In this document: positions 17,025 to 26,633 of the stretch, piece by piece
How positions within the stretch are numbered: position 1 is the first letter of the stretch
Layout of the letters: each line of letters begins with the position of its first letter
DNA from: a virus
Direction: 5' to 3' (one strand)
Virus record (IMG/VR): IMGVR_UViG_3300035532_000260
Length of the DNA stretch: 64,000 nucleotides
Made by a program: the position numbers and the translations under genes
The notes under the pieces: model-generated
What the model saw: only the letters and a program-made list of their open reading frames with translations
What the model was told of the DNA's origin: nothing
Database searches by the model: none

Positions 17025-17858
17025 ATGTGCCACAAGATTTTGGAGGAAAAGCTGTCTGATTTTGTCATGTTGCGGGATGTGGCGGAGGCGGGTGTTGTCT
17101 CTTCCGCCCGCTCCCGCATCTTGGCTGATATATGTGCCGCATACGGATCCGTTGTGCAATCGATTGCATCGATGTTGATGACGAAGTATAAAACGACAAC
17201 GACATCTATCACGTTTGATGATTTTGTTTCGGCCGGATATGTTGGGCTGGTGGAGGCTACGGACGCTTTCGATATTGAATTGGGGGTTCCGTTCAGTGCT
17301 TACGCCCGCCTGCGTATCCGGCTTTCTATGTTTGAGGAGTTGCGACGGTATGATGATGTCCCGCGCAGTTTACGTCGGGAGAAAGCTGCATTGGATTATG
17401 CAGAGGAGTCTTTATCCCGTTTACACCAGGGATCGGTGAAATCGGAGCATCTGGCTGATTATTTACAGATTGATTGTATTTCGTTGGAAGCGAAACGGTC
17501 GAAGTTGAGTTATTCGATTCCCTGGTTTGTTGCGAACACGATTTGCGGGGAGGATGGGACCGGCATGTCGATTTTTGATATGCTCCCCGCAGACAATGAT
17601 TGTGAGCTTGAGGTTTTGTATAGGCAGGTGGCGTCCGTTATCAATATGTATTTGGAGCGGTGTCGATCATTGGAGCAGCGGGTATTGGAGTTGTATTTTT
17701 TTCGAGGCCTTACTTTGCGTGAGATTGGGCAGATGATTGGCGTGACCAAGCAGCGGGTGGGCCAGATCAAGGACCAGGTGCTGATAGAACTGAAACAATT
17801 ATTTTTGGAAGAAATGGACGAGGCTACGCTTATTGATTTAGCGTCCATGGAGGAATAG
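17025..17858 (+). CDS. RNA polymerase sigma factor, FliA/WhiG-like
   Basis: DDFVSAGYVGLVEA.DAFD, FSAYARLRIR..MFEELRRYD.VPRS, region 4 LTLREIGQMIGVTKQRVGQI. Confidence 0.88.
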   Translation: MCHKILEEKLSDFVMLRDVAEAGVVSSARSRILADICAAYGSVVQSIASMLMTKYKTTTTSITFDDFVSAGYVGLVEATDAFDIELGVPFSAYARLRIRLSMFEELRRYDDVPRSLRREKAALDYAEESLSRLHQGSVKSEHLADYLQIDCISLEAKRSKLSYSIPWFVANTICGEDGTGMSIFDMLPADNDCELEVLYRQVASVINMYLERCRSLEQRVLELYFFRGLTLREIGQMIGVTKQRVGQIKDQVLIELKQLFLEEMDEATLIDLASMEE

Positions 17859-17860
17859 TC

Positions 17861-18484
17861 ATGTTGGTTTCTTTTGAAGGGATTGATGGGGTGGGCAAAA
17901 GTACGGTGATGGCAGAGGTGTACAAAAGATTGAAGCAGGATGGGTTACCTGTTTCAACGACTCGTACTCCGGGAGGCACAAAATTGGGAGCCAAGATTCG
18001 GGAGTTTCTTCTGGATCCGGATAATGCCCATGATGCCAGGGCAGATTTTTTCCTTTTCATGGCCGACTTTTTGTTGACAGAGGCCTCCCTGCCCTCCGGA
18101 ATTGTACTGACTGATCGCTTCAAGGATTCCACTCTCGTGTATCAGCTTTTGGGGCAGAATATATTTACGCCGCACGAGTTGAAAGCACTTTATCGGGTAT
18201 TGCAGGATGTGGGGCGCATTCCGGATGTCACGTTCGTGTTGGATGCTCCGTATAATGTCGCTTGTCGTCGGTCTTTGACCGCGGAGTTTAGTAAACGGGA
18301 TCGTTTCGAGGACGTCGATTCTGACGTATGGCAAAAGCGGAGGGCGTTGTATTTGTCATTGCCTGACCGGTTTCCCGAACGGAGGATTTTCCTTGTTGAT
18401 ACGGATGTGTTGTCTTTTGAGGCGGTGGTTCGTGTCATATCGCTTCATATCCTCACCCTGTATCCTGATATAGGAGATATGTGA
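17861..18484 (+). CDS. tmk: Thymidylate kinase
   Basis: FEGIDGVGKST, TRTPGGT, LTDRF, PDVTFVLD. Confidence 0.92.
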   Translation: MLVSFEGIDGVGKSTVMAEVYKRLKQDGLPVSTTRTPGGTKLGAKIREFLLDPDNAHDARADFFLFMADFLLTEASLPSGIVLTDRFKDSTLVYQLLGQNIFTPHELKALYRVLQDVGRIPDVTFVLDAPYNVACRRSLTAEFSKRDRFEDVDSDVWQKRRALYLSLPDRFPERRIFLVDTDVLSFEAVVRVISLHILTLYPDIGDM

Positions 18485-19110
18485 TGTCTCCGAATGCGAA
18501 GAAGTTGATGCAAAGGTTTTCCATCCCGCAGACGAATTCTCTTCGTATGGAATTATCGATGTTGGTCCGTTACCGTTGTCCGGGGTTGTACGGCCTGCGT
18601 TTTTTGAATTACTCTTTTGATTTTGAAGGGTTGGAGTATGTGGTAGATTATCGTCCGGTTATTCGGCACGATCGTAAGGTCAGTCATTTGGGTGTGGTTC
18701 CTGGCTACCGGTTTTTTAATGATTATTGGACGAATGAAGAGATTGTTGTTTTCGATCCTGAACATTCTCTTCCGGAGGAGGGACCGACCCGCACCGTATT
18801 TGATATTCGTAGGTTTTTTCAGAAGGGTGATGATGTATTGCTCAAGCTTTACAGGCACCCGATCATGTTTGTCGCGCCCCTTGTTGCAGTTGGCGATTTG
18901 GTTTACGATAGTAGGTATGTTGATCGCGTTTACTCCATGTTTCCCGACTGTCGCCCTGTTTTATCTCCAGAGCATCCGTATTTATGTTTTTGGTTGGAGG
19001 ACGTACCAGTTGCTTGTCTGAGTCCTGTTGAGCTGTCTGTGGAAGGTCACGGCAAGATGTTGTATTTGAAACAGCGTGAGGAGGATCATTATGCGCTTCG
19101 TAGGTGTTGA
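18481..19110 (+). CDS. Hypothetical protein
   Basis: 209-aa ORF overlapping neighbours, RBS GGAG. Confidence 0.6.
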   Translation: MMSPNAKKLMQRFSIPQTNSLRMELSMLVRYRCPGLYGLRFLNYSFDFEGLEYVVDYRPVIRHDRKVSHLGVVPGYRFFNDYWTNEEIVVFDPEHSLPEEGPTRTVFDIRRFFQKGDDVLLKLYRHPIMFVAPLVAVGDLVYDSRYVDRVYSMFPDCRPVLSPEHPYLCFWLEDVPVACLSPVELSVEGHGKMLYLKQREEDHYALRRC

Positions 19111-19660
19111 CCCGTCTTTGACAAGGACTGGTGTTTATATTTTTACGTTGGATGGAGAGGGTACTGCTTTTTCGTTGAGGTCTGATCCCAGGGATTCTGA
19201 TTTTGTTCGGCAGACCCGGCTGGTTGCGTCATTGCGTACCCTTTTGGCGAAAGACGATTTGTTATGCTATGAGTCTTTTGGTAATGCTGGTCGATACCAG
19301 CCTTCCGGCAAATTTGCTGAACGAATTGAATTGCTCGGTATGATGAAATTGATGATGCGCGTTCATACCGGTGTTCCGTTTTTTGTTTGTCCTCCAAACA
19401 GGTTGAAGCAGTTTTTGGCGGACAGGGTGAGTGCCCACAAGGAAGAAATGTTGGAGAAAGCGAAAGCATGTGATCCGAAAATTCGCAATCATGACGAAGC
19501 TGACGCATTTGGTTTAGCAAGTGTTTGTCGTGGGATTGTCAATGATTGTGGTTTGAAAGGAAAACAATTGAAAGTCATTGAATCGCTCCGTGAGAATAAT
19601 GCAAATCAATCGGTATTGGTTTTTTTGCGGCGTACGGGTGCAATCAATTGCATTGAATAA
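19091..19660 (+). CDS. RuvC-like Holliday junction resolvase
   Basis: FVGVDPSLTRTG, catalytic E in CYES, PNRLKQF, NHDEADAFGLA. Confidence 0.82.
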   Translation: MRFVGVDPSLTRTGVYIFTLDGEGTAFSLRSDPRDSDFVRQTRLVASLRTLLAKDDLLCYESFGNAGRYQPSGKFAERIELLGMMKLMMRVHTGVPFFVCPPNRLKQFLADRVSAHKEEMLEKAKACDPKIRNHDEADAFGLASVCRGIVNDCGLKGKQLKVIESLRENNANQSVLVFLRRTGAINCIE

Positions 19661-19696
19661 ATTTTGAAAAAACTCTGAAAAATTCCGAAAAAACAC

Positions 19697-19770
19697 TTGC
19701 ATTTTATTTTTTCTCTGAAAGTCTGAAGTTGTAGGGCAAGGAATTACAATTTCAAACCTTTGGAGGAAGG
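19697..19770 (+). promoter_or_regulatory. Promoter-stem-loop-RBS element (divergent copy)
   Basis: A-tract, TTGCAT, hairpin GAAGTTGTA/TACAATTTC, GGAGG. Confidence 0.65.
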
Positions 19771-20094
19771 ATGAAACGCTTACAGAAGGGAACACAAAAC
19801 CAGCTTAATGCCGCAATTGCAAATGCAGCTCCCGGCTGTTACAACGATGATTGTTGGATCGGGGTGAAGAAGGTTTTTAACGCTCTTGATGAAAAGACCA
19901 AAGAGCTTGGAATTGATTGGGCCGTTGAATCGACCAGATACCATACAGATTCAGAAGGCAATCCTTGCAGAAAGACTTACTATATCTCAGCAGGAACCAA
20001 GGATGCCCGGAGTTTTGGGGTTGTAATTGCATCTGCCGCGGGAAGTGTCCACAATCCTTTTGATAGATACGACATTTGTTCTTACTTTTTGTAA
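19771..20094 (+). CDS. Hypothetical protein
   Basis: 107-aa ORF behind promoter element. Confidence 0.7.
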   Translation: MKRLQKGTQNQLNAAIANAAPGCYNDDCWIGVKKVFNALDEKTKELGIDWAVESTRYHTDSEGNPCRKTYYISAGTKDARSFGVVIASAAGSVHNPFDRYDICSYFL

Positions 20095-20101
20095 AATTTT
20101 G

Positions 20102-20130
20102 GGGGGAGGGGCGAAAGCTCCTCCCCTTGT
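20102..20130 (+). terminator. GC-rich hairpin, probable terminator
   Basis: GGGGAGGGGC-GAAA-GCTCCTCCCC, short T tail. Confidence 0.5.
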
Positions 20131-20137
20131 CACGTAA

Positions 20138-20428
20138 ATGGAGGTTTACATGGCAGCTCGAAGAGGACGAATTCATGATGGTATCCCGGTTTATGTTGCG
20201 GGCATCCCGGCCCTAGCTGGCATTGTGTATTCAGTTAAGGTAGAGGGAAGTTACAGTTACAATGCCCCGAGCGATCTGGATTACTATGGGTATTCTGATA
20301 TTGAGTTTCGTCTGCATGACCGAAAGGGTTATTTTGCTCCCTGGCTGGAAGCCAAAGCGGACGCTCTTGATTTATGGGGAGATTTGGAAGCGCAGGTTGA
20401 GGATTATATGGACAATGACCGGTTTTGA
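20138..20428 (+). CDS. Hypothetical protein
   Basis: 96-aa ORF; stop codon abuts a palindrome copy. Confidence 0.6.
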   Translation: MEVYMAARRGRIHDGIPVYVAGIPALAGIVYSVKVEGSYSYNAPSDLDYYGYSDIEFRLHDRKGYFAPWLEAKADALDLWGDLEAQVEDYMDNDRF

Positions 20429-20496
20429 TGCAATCAATTGCACTTGTTATTTGATTGCATCTTCGTTAGAATTTAGGGAAACGAAGGAGGAAGGAA

Positions 20497-22080
20497 ATGG
20501 CATTACAAATGACCAAGTATCTGGATGCGGGATACCCGGTGTTGTATTTCACGACATCGGAGCAGGAACGCGCCCTTGAGGAGATCGTCCATGAATTGAA
20601 GGTTTCTGGTTTGGGGAAGACCTTGGACCTGTATTTGTGGAAGATCACGAAGGGTTTGTATCCATACACTGCCCAGCATCCGGAGGAGGAACGGTTGGGG
20701 TTGGAGTTTCGGGAATGTTTGCAAATTATCGAGGGTGGTGGGGAGGCCGCACCGCCGGCGGACCGGCTGTACATCATGTTCAATGTGAAGGACCTGCTTA
20801 CTCAGTCTCCGGTGATCCGACAGCAATTCCGGGATACCGCATACGCGATTCGTACCGTTGGGAGTTACATTGTATGCATTGGCGGACAGTTCGATATTCC
20901 TGAAGAATTGTCGGATGTGGTCACGTTTTTGGATTTCCCGCTACCCACGAAAGCGGAGATCAGGGAAAAGTTCGGTCTGCTTTGTAGCAAGTATCGGGAT
21001 GTTATGAAGTCTCCGGTATCGCCTGAAGAATTGGAGCTTGCTGCTGAAAATGCGTGTGGGTTGTCTGCGTTTAAGGCTGAAAATGCCATTTCGCTCTCCA
21101 TTGTCGAGACACAGGGTGTCGATATTGAAATGTTGCGAAAGGAAAAGGAATTAGCTGTCCGGCAGACGGGGGTGTTGGAGTACATCCATCACAATGAGAC
21201 ATTGGATACCTTGGGTGGATTTGATCTTTTGAAAGAACACGTATTGACACGGAGAAAGTATTTTCGTAATACCGACAAGGCTGCTGAATTTGGGTTACAT
21301 CCTCCCAAGGGTTTGCTGCTTGTGGGGCTTGCTGGATGTGGGAAGACTCAAGCAGGGAAAGCAGTCAGTGCGGCACTGGATTTGCCTTTGTACAAGTTTG
21401 ACATGGGAAGTGTGTTCAAGGGTGTCGTAGGTCAGTCGGAAGCAACGGTTCGTACCGCATTGAGGATGGCGGAGAATATAGCCCCGTGTGTTTTGCTTCT
21501 GGATGAATTTGAAAAATCAGTTGCTGGTTTGGAGTCTTCTGGGAAGTCGGATTCTGGTGTCACGTCTCGGGTTGTATCGACGATTTTGACATGGATGCAG
21601 GAAACCAAGGCACCGATTTACAAGATGGCGACGTGTAATACGATTCGCAATCTGGATCCTGCATTGTTACGTCGTGGCCGGTGGGATGCTGTTTTCGCAG
21701 TCGATCTTCCGACTCCCGAAGAGCGTGAGCAGATTTTTGCGATTCATCTGAAAAAGCGTGGCAGGAATCCCGAGAATTTTGATTTACGAATTTTGTCCAA
21801 GTTTTCAGACGGGTTTGTTGGGGCGGAAGTTGAGTCTGCGGTTGAGGAGGCATTGTATATTGCCTTTGATTCAGATCGTGATTTGGAGACGGCCGACATT
21901 GCTCGGGTATGTAAAAGCATCGTTCCGATTTCCAAGACTGATGCAGAAACAATCCGAACATTTCGTGATTGGATTCAGGGAAGGGCGCAGAATGTAAGTC
22001 GATCAAAAGAGTTAACGGCAGAGGCGGCCCGAAAAACTACGACAGAACGTAGTTTGCGGGTTTCTACGAAATTACAGTAA
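20497..22080 (+). CDS. AAA+ ATPase (Ycf46-like)
   Basis: PKGLLLVGLAGCGKT, LLLDEFEK, ATCN, ALLRRGRWD; degenerate N-terminal AAA domain. Confidence 0.88.
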   Translation: MALQMTKYLDAGYPVLYFTTSEQERALEEIVHELKVSGLGKTLDLYLWKITKGLYPYTAQHPEEERLGLEFRECLQIIEGGGEAAPPADRLYIMFNVKDLLTQSPVIRQQFRDTAYAIRTVGSYIVCIGGQFDIPEELSDVVTFLDFPLPTKAEIREKFGLLCSKYRDVMKSPVSPEELELAAENACGLSAFKAENAISLSIVETQGVDIEMLRKEKELAVRQTGVLEYIHHNETLDTLGGFDLLKEHVLTRRKYFRNTDKAAEFGLHPPKGLLLVGLAGCGKTQAGKAVSAALDLPLYKFDMGSVFKGVVGQSEATVRTALRMAENIAPCVLLLDEFEKSVAGLESSGKSDSGVTSRVVSTILTWMQETKAPIYKMATCNTIRNLDPALLRRGRWDAVFAVDLPTPEEREQIFAIHLKKRGRNPENFDLRILSKFSDGFVGAEVESAVEEALYIAFDSDRDLETADIARVCKSIVPISKTDAETIRTFRDWIQGRAQNVSRSKELTAEAARKTTTERSLRVSTKLQ

Positions 22081-22097
22081 TTTTATGAAAAAATTTC

Positions 22098-22177
22098 TTG
22101 CCACACTGTTTTCTTTTGGCAAGAAAGAAGTATGGGCAGGGAATATTTCAAAAAATCTCAAAACAAGGAGCAGTAAA
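22098..22177 (+). promoter_or_regulatory. Promoter-stem-loop-RBS element (divergent copy)
   Basis: TTGCCA, GCAAGAAA, hairpin GAAGTAT/ATATTTC, AAGGAG. Confidence 0.6.
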
Positions 22178-22957
22178 ATGAGTGTAAAGGAAGCGGAAGT
22201 AATGAGTGTTCATGATGTAGCAGCGACCAAGTGCAAACAGAAAATTGAAAGCGCACTCACTGCAGCAAGTGTGGCGTTCTATGATCTGGCCATGGGCCTT
22301 CTGGAAGCCTGGGAAAATGACTATGCCCGTTCGTGGGGGTACGAGGCCTTCCGCGATTACGTCGAACAGAAGCTCGACATGAAGTATCGTCGGGCCATGT
22401 ATCTGACGGATGTCGGCAAGGCGATTCGCCGGGTGGGTCTGGAGCAGAAGCAGGTCGAGAAGATTGGCTGGACCAAGCTGAAAGAAATCGCTCCCATCCT
22501 ACAGAGCAATCCCGATGACGCTGACAAGTATCTCGACATGGCTGAAAACATGTCCACCAGTCAGCTTAAAGAGGAATTGCGTACTGAGATCAAGGTCACG
22601 GATGGGAGGGATTCATCCCCGGGCATCATGAGAATGTCCTTCAAGTTCGAGGGTGACAGCATGAAACTGATGTCTGATGCCCTGAATCTCGCATACAGTG
22701 AGATCGGTAGGGAGGATGCTGAATCTGCCCTGGAACACATGGCCGCCGAGTGGCTGATGCTGAAGGGCACAGCTACCGAGGCCGTTGCCGACCTGGATGA
22801 CTGGATCGCGTACTTGGAAAAGCAGTTCGGGGTGAAGCTCTCCCGTACTGAAACCCATGAATCCATTGATGCTGTTCTCGGTGACGGAATCGATGATGTC
22901 AACGAAGTTTTTCAGGACGACGATCTGAATGAAGCGCTCGGTTTGGTGACAGAATAA
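22178..22957 (+). CDS. Hypothetical helical protein, possible DNA-binding
   Basis: GYEAFRDYVEQKLDMKYRRAMYL HTH-like segment, acidic tail, C-ending codon bias. Confidence 0.6.
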   Translation: MSVKEAEVMSVHDVAATKCKQKIESALTAASVAFYDLAMGLLEAWENDYARSWGYEAFRDYVEQKLDMKYRRAMYLTDVGKAIRRVGLEQKQVEKIGWTKLKEIAPILQSNPDDADKYLDMAENMSTSQLKEELRTEIKVTDGRDSSPGIMRMSFKFEGDSMKLMSDALNLAYSEIGREDAESALEHMAAEWLMLKGTATEAVADLDDWIAYLEKQFGVKLSRTETHESIDAVLGDGIDDVNEVFQDDDLNEALGLVTE

Positions 22958-22963
22958 TGACCA

Positions 22964-23003
22964 GGATAGAGGATAGTGCAATCGATTGCATTATCCTCTA
23001 TCC
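22964..23003. repeat. 40-bp near-perfect inverted repeat centred on a TGCAATCGATTGCA copy
   Basis: GGATAGAGGATAG-TGCAATCGATTGCA-TTATCCTCTATCC (one G.T pair). Confidence 0.9.
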
Positions 23004-23030
23004 CTTTCCTCAATCGCTGTGGAGGCTGCG

Positions 23031-23690
23031 ATGATAGAAGAATACTTGAAGGTCCGTGACGGCAGGGGTGCATGGCAGGCATTTGCAAAAATGCTTATGA
23101 AAGAGGGCGCAGCGACCGCGCATAAAGAGCTTCGGAAAACTGTCTGTGAGCATTACTGGTGGTTATCCGGAGAACTTTATGATTTGGAGGGTGACCTGGG
23201 GTGGTCTGCAGGGTTTCACTCATGGGAGGGTGATTCCTATTTTCCCATTCCTCAGCCGAACCCTGCGGCGCGTCTGCATCGTTTTATTGATTGTCTTGCC
23301 GAATTGCCTTTTTCTTCTTCCGTCTCGCATTTGAAACAGCTATATCGTAGTAAAGTGAGTCCCAAGGCTCTTGAACCCCGCATGATTCAGTTTCTGTTTA
23401 CGAAATTTCCGGGTCATCCCGAAGAGGCGGTGGCTTTTGCTTACAACCGAATTGCAACGGTGCGTTCCGAATATGAGTTGGGGGCGGCCCGGCCATTTTT
23501 ACGTTTATCTTTGGATGATGGCCTGCATCTTTCGGCCTTGGCCGGATTGGTGATGATTCTGTGCCGCGGCCTCTCCCAGTTGACTGTGCGTGCGGACATG
23601 GTGAAGCTGGTTCGGTTTGGGCGAGGGCAATCGTTTTATCTTGCCGCTGATGTTCCTGACTATACGGAAAGTCTTCAGATCAACGAATAG
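23031..23690 (+). CDS. Hypothetical protein, first gene of sugar-modification cluster
   Basis: ORF with RBS GGAGG; no recognised motif. Confidence 0.6.
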   Translation: MIEEYLKVRDGRGAWQAFAKMLMKEGAATAHKELRKTVCEHYWWLSGELYDLEGDLGWSAGFHSWEGDSYFPIPQPNPAARLHRFIDCLAELPFSSSVSHLKQLYRSKVSPKALEPRMIQFLFTKFPGHPEEAVAFAYNRIATVRSEYELGAARPFLRLSLDDGLHLSALAGLVMILCRGLSQLTVRADMVKLVRFGRGQSFYLAADVPDYTESLQINE

Positions 23691-23748
23691 TTTTCGATAC
23701 GGTATGCATCTGCATGCCGTATTTTTATGTTTAGCAGTTGAGGTCTTT

Positions 23749-24426
23749 ATGTTACGGGTTGCCAGCCACCAGCCTTCGTTTATGCCGTGGGTTGGATTTT
23801 GGAATAAGTTTGTTCATTCCGATGTTTTTGTATTGTCTGCCGGCGTACAATATAGTAAATCCGATGTTGTTTCCCGGGTGCGTTTTGGTGATGGTTGGTT
23901 GTCTCTTCCCGTTGTTCGTTCAACGCGATCCGGATTTATCAGAGACGTTCGATTTGACCGGTCCGTATTGCCGACGATTGCGAAAAGACTGCAATTTTCG
24001 TTTTCTCGAAAACTCCCCGGATTTGTTCATGTCGATGCTGTGTGTCGGGTGCTTATGAATTGTCATTCTGATTTTTTGTTGGATTTGAATTTGGGTATTT
24101 TCGGCGTAATGGCTGAAGCGTTGCCGGAGAGGCCCCGGCTCGTTTTAGATATGGAAGGCCCGTCTGGTGATTGTATGGACAAAACGACTCGGTTGTTTGC
24201 TCGGATTTCTCGTCATATTGATGTTGCCCAATATGTTTATTTGAGCGGGAGAGGTGCATTGGATTACCTTTCCTCCTCTTCCATCCCCGATGGTGTGTCT
24301 GTACAGGTTCAACGCATGTCCTCCGATCTTGATAGCGGGACGGCGTTATCGTTGTGGGCCAAATCTTTATCTTTGACTGATACAGTTCGGTCAGCAGGAG
24401 TTTTTGAAAATGCTTCCATTCAGTAA
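23749..24426 (+). CDS. WbqC-like protein (copy 1)
   Basis: SHQPSFMPWVGFWNKFVHSDVFVL..VQY, YLSGRGALDY. Confidence 0.85.
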   Translation: MLRVASHQPSFMPWVGFWNKFVHSDVFVLSAGVQYSKSDVVSRVRFGDGWLSLPVVRSTRSGFIRDVRFDRSVLPTIAKRLQFSFSRKLPGFVHVDAVCRVLMNCHSDFLLDLNLGIFGVMAEALPERPRLVLDMEGPSGDCMDKTTRLFARISRHIDVAQYVYLSGRGALDYLSSSSIPDGVSVQVQRMSSDLDSGTALSLWAKSLSLTDTVRSAGVFENASIQ

Positions 24427-25552
24427 GCCTACGATAGGTGTCGAGGAGATCGATGCTGTAGCGGATGTTTTACGTTCTGGCTGGTTGACAACGGGAAAGC
24501 AGGCGAAGGCATTTGAGGAGGAATTTGCCGAGTATGTGAATGCCCGTCATGCCTTGGCTGTGTCATCGAATACTGCCGGCATGTCTTTGGTGTTAGCAGC
24601 TTTGGGGATCGGTCCCGGGGACGAGGTGATTTGCCCTGCGTACACATTTTCCTCCCCTGCGATGGAGATTTTGCATACTGGTGCCACACCTGTTTTCGTT
24701 GACAATTTTTTATCGACGTTCAATCCTGATCCTGACGCGATTCAGCGGGCGATCACAAAACGTACAAAAGCGATTTTGGTTGTGCATTTTGCGGGTCTGC
24801 CTTGTGATCTGGCCGCGGTGCAATCGATTGCACGAAAAGAGGGTCTGCCTGTCATCGAGGATGCTGCCCATGCCCTACCGGCGTGGTATTATGGCCGAAA
24901 GATCGGCAGTTCGGGGAGTCTGGCCACGGTGTTTTCATTTTATGCCAACAAAACGATCACGACCGCAGAGGGTGGGATGGTGACGACGAATGATCCCGTT
25001 TTTGCAAAAAAGCTTAGTAAGTTTCGTCTTCATGGGATCGACCGTGATGTTTTTGATCGGTACACGACTGGATCCGCGGGATGGGCCTATGACATCGTGG
25101 CCCCGGGGTTTAAGGCGAATATGCCGGACGTGTTGGCCGCGATAGGGCGTGTCCAGTTGCAAAAGAGTGACGCTTTGTGGCGACGTCGGGTAGAAATCGC
25201 ATCGTTTTATTTGTCTGAACTGGCTGATTGCCCTGGGTTGATTTTGCCGCCGAAATCATCCTTTGATGTGGTGTCTGCGTGGCATTTGTTTGTGGTACGT
25301 ACACAGAAGAGAGATGAGTTATTTGCGTATTTGCGGAAGCATGACATAGGGGCTTCTGTTCATTTCATACCGTTACCGATGTTTTCGTTTTGGCAAAAAA
25401 GATTGGGAGTTGATCCGGCCGATTATCCGAATGCCTATCGTCTGTTCCATGAGGTGTTGAGTTTACCCCTGTTTCCCTTGTTGACTGAGGCGGAAGCAGG
25501 CCGTGTTGTGTCAGTTGTCCGTTCGTTTTTTGAGGAGTTTGGTAATGACTAA
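24410..25552 (+). CDS. DegT/DnrJ/EryC1/StrS PLP-dependent sugar aminotransferase
   Basis: SGWLTTG, IEDAAHA, PLP lysine FSFYANKTITTAEGG, HFIPL. Confidence 0.95.
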   Translation: MLPFSKPTIGVEEIDAVADVLRSGWLTTGKQAKAFEEEFAEYVNARHALAVSSNTAGMSLVLAALGIGPGDEVICPAYTFSSPAMEILHTGATPVFVDNFLSTFNPDPDAIQRAITKRTKAILVVHFAGLPCDLAAVQSIARKEGLPVIEDAAHALPAWYYGRKIGSSGSLATVFSFYANKTITTAEGGMVTTNDPVFAKKLSKFRLHGIDRDVFDRYTTGSAGWAYDIVAPGFKANMPDVLAAIGRVQLQKSDALWRRRVEIASFYLSELADCPGLILPPKSSFDVVSAWHLFVVRTQKRDELFAYLRKHDIGASVHFIPLPMFSFWQKRLGVDPADYPNAYRLFHEVLSLPLFPLLTEAEAGRVVSVVRSFFEEFGND

Positions 25553-26633
25553 ATGCAATCATGCTTCAGATTACGCATTGTTGGGGCGGGCACCGCATAT
25601 TGATGCTCCTCCCGAATATCTGGCGGGCAGGACTGTGTTGGTGACCGGTGCGGGGGGAAGCATTGGCAGTCAATTGTGTCTGCAATTGGCGAATGTGGGC
25701 GCGAAGCTGATTGTTGTTGATATGAACGAATTTGCTTTATATCAAATTGACCGAACGCTTCGTGCCATGGGTGTTGTTGCCGAGACATTATTGGCCGATA
25801 TCCGTCATGAATACATGGTTCAGCGGTTGTTTTGGCAGTATCGGCCGGAGATTGTTTTTCATGCTGCAGCGTTGAAGCATGTTCCATTATTGGAGAATAC
25901 GCACAATGCGATTGAGGCGGTTCGCACGAATGTTTTGGGAACCCGGGTGGTGATGGAGACGGCGCGTCGTTGTCCGTCTGTCCGAATGTTTGTGTTCATT
26001 TCGACGGACAAGGCCGTCAATCCGACATCATGGATGGGTGCGACGAAACGATGTGCAGAAAAGCTTGTGTTTGGTTCTGCGAAGAATGTTCCACACATGC
26101 AGCATATTATCGTCCGATTCGGCAACGTATTGGGTTCTTCTGGTTCTGTCGTCCCGCTTTTCCGTGATCAAATTGCTAGGGGAGGGCCGGTCACGATCAC
26201 TCATGAAAAGATGACCCGTTATCTGATGACGATTCCGGAGGCGGTCAGCCTGGTTCTTCAGGCATCTGTTTTGGGTCAGCAACAGGAAGAAAATTTCGGC
26301 CTGTATGTTTTGGATATGGGCGAGCCTGTCCTGATTTCTGATATAGCAAAACGATTGATGAAAAGTATGGGAAAGACTGTTCCCATTGAGATAATAGGTG
26401 TTCGTCCTGGGGAGAAATTGTTTGAGGAGTTGTTTTATGATTATGAGTCTCCTTTGCCGTCTGATGTCCCTGGTGTTACTCGGGCGTCCGCCTTTTTGAC
26501 GACTACGATAGTTCAGCGTTGCCTTACGGATTTGATCGATATGGTGGATCGTCGTGATTACGAAGCGGCTACTCGTGTATTGTGTCAAATTGTTCCTGAA
26601 TTTCATCCGGAGAATGCTCATGGAGAAGGTTGA
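25545..26633 (+). CDS. NDP-sugar 4,6-dehydratase, PglF/WbpM/CapD type (soluble, no TM domain)
   Basis: TGAGGSIGS, HAAALKHVP, STDKAVNPTSWMGATKR (Met in place of Tyr), RFGNVLGSSGSV, GVRPGEKLFEEL. Confidence 0.95.
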   Translation: MTKCNHASDYALLGRAPHIDAPPEYLAGRTVLVTGAGGSIGSQLCLQLANVGAKLIVVDMNEFALYQIDRTLRAMGVVAETLLADIRHEYMVQRLFWQYRPEIVFHAAALKHVPLLENTHNAIEAVRTNVLGTRVVMETARRCPSVRMFVFISTDKAVNPTSWMGATKRCAEKLVFGSAKNVPHMQHIIVRFGNVLGSSGSVVPLFRDQIARGGPVTITHEKMTRYLMTIPEAVSLVLQASVLGQQQEENFGLYVLDMGEPVLISDIAKRLMKSMGKTVPIEIIGVRPGEKLFEELFYDYESPLPSDVPGVTRASAFLTTTIVQRCLTDLIDMVDRRDYEAATRVLCQIVPEFHPENAHGEG

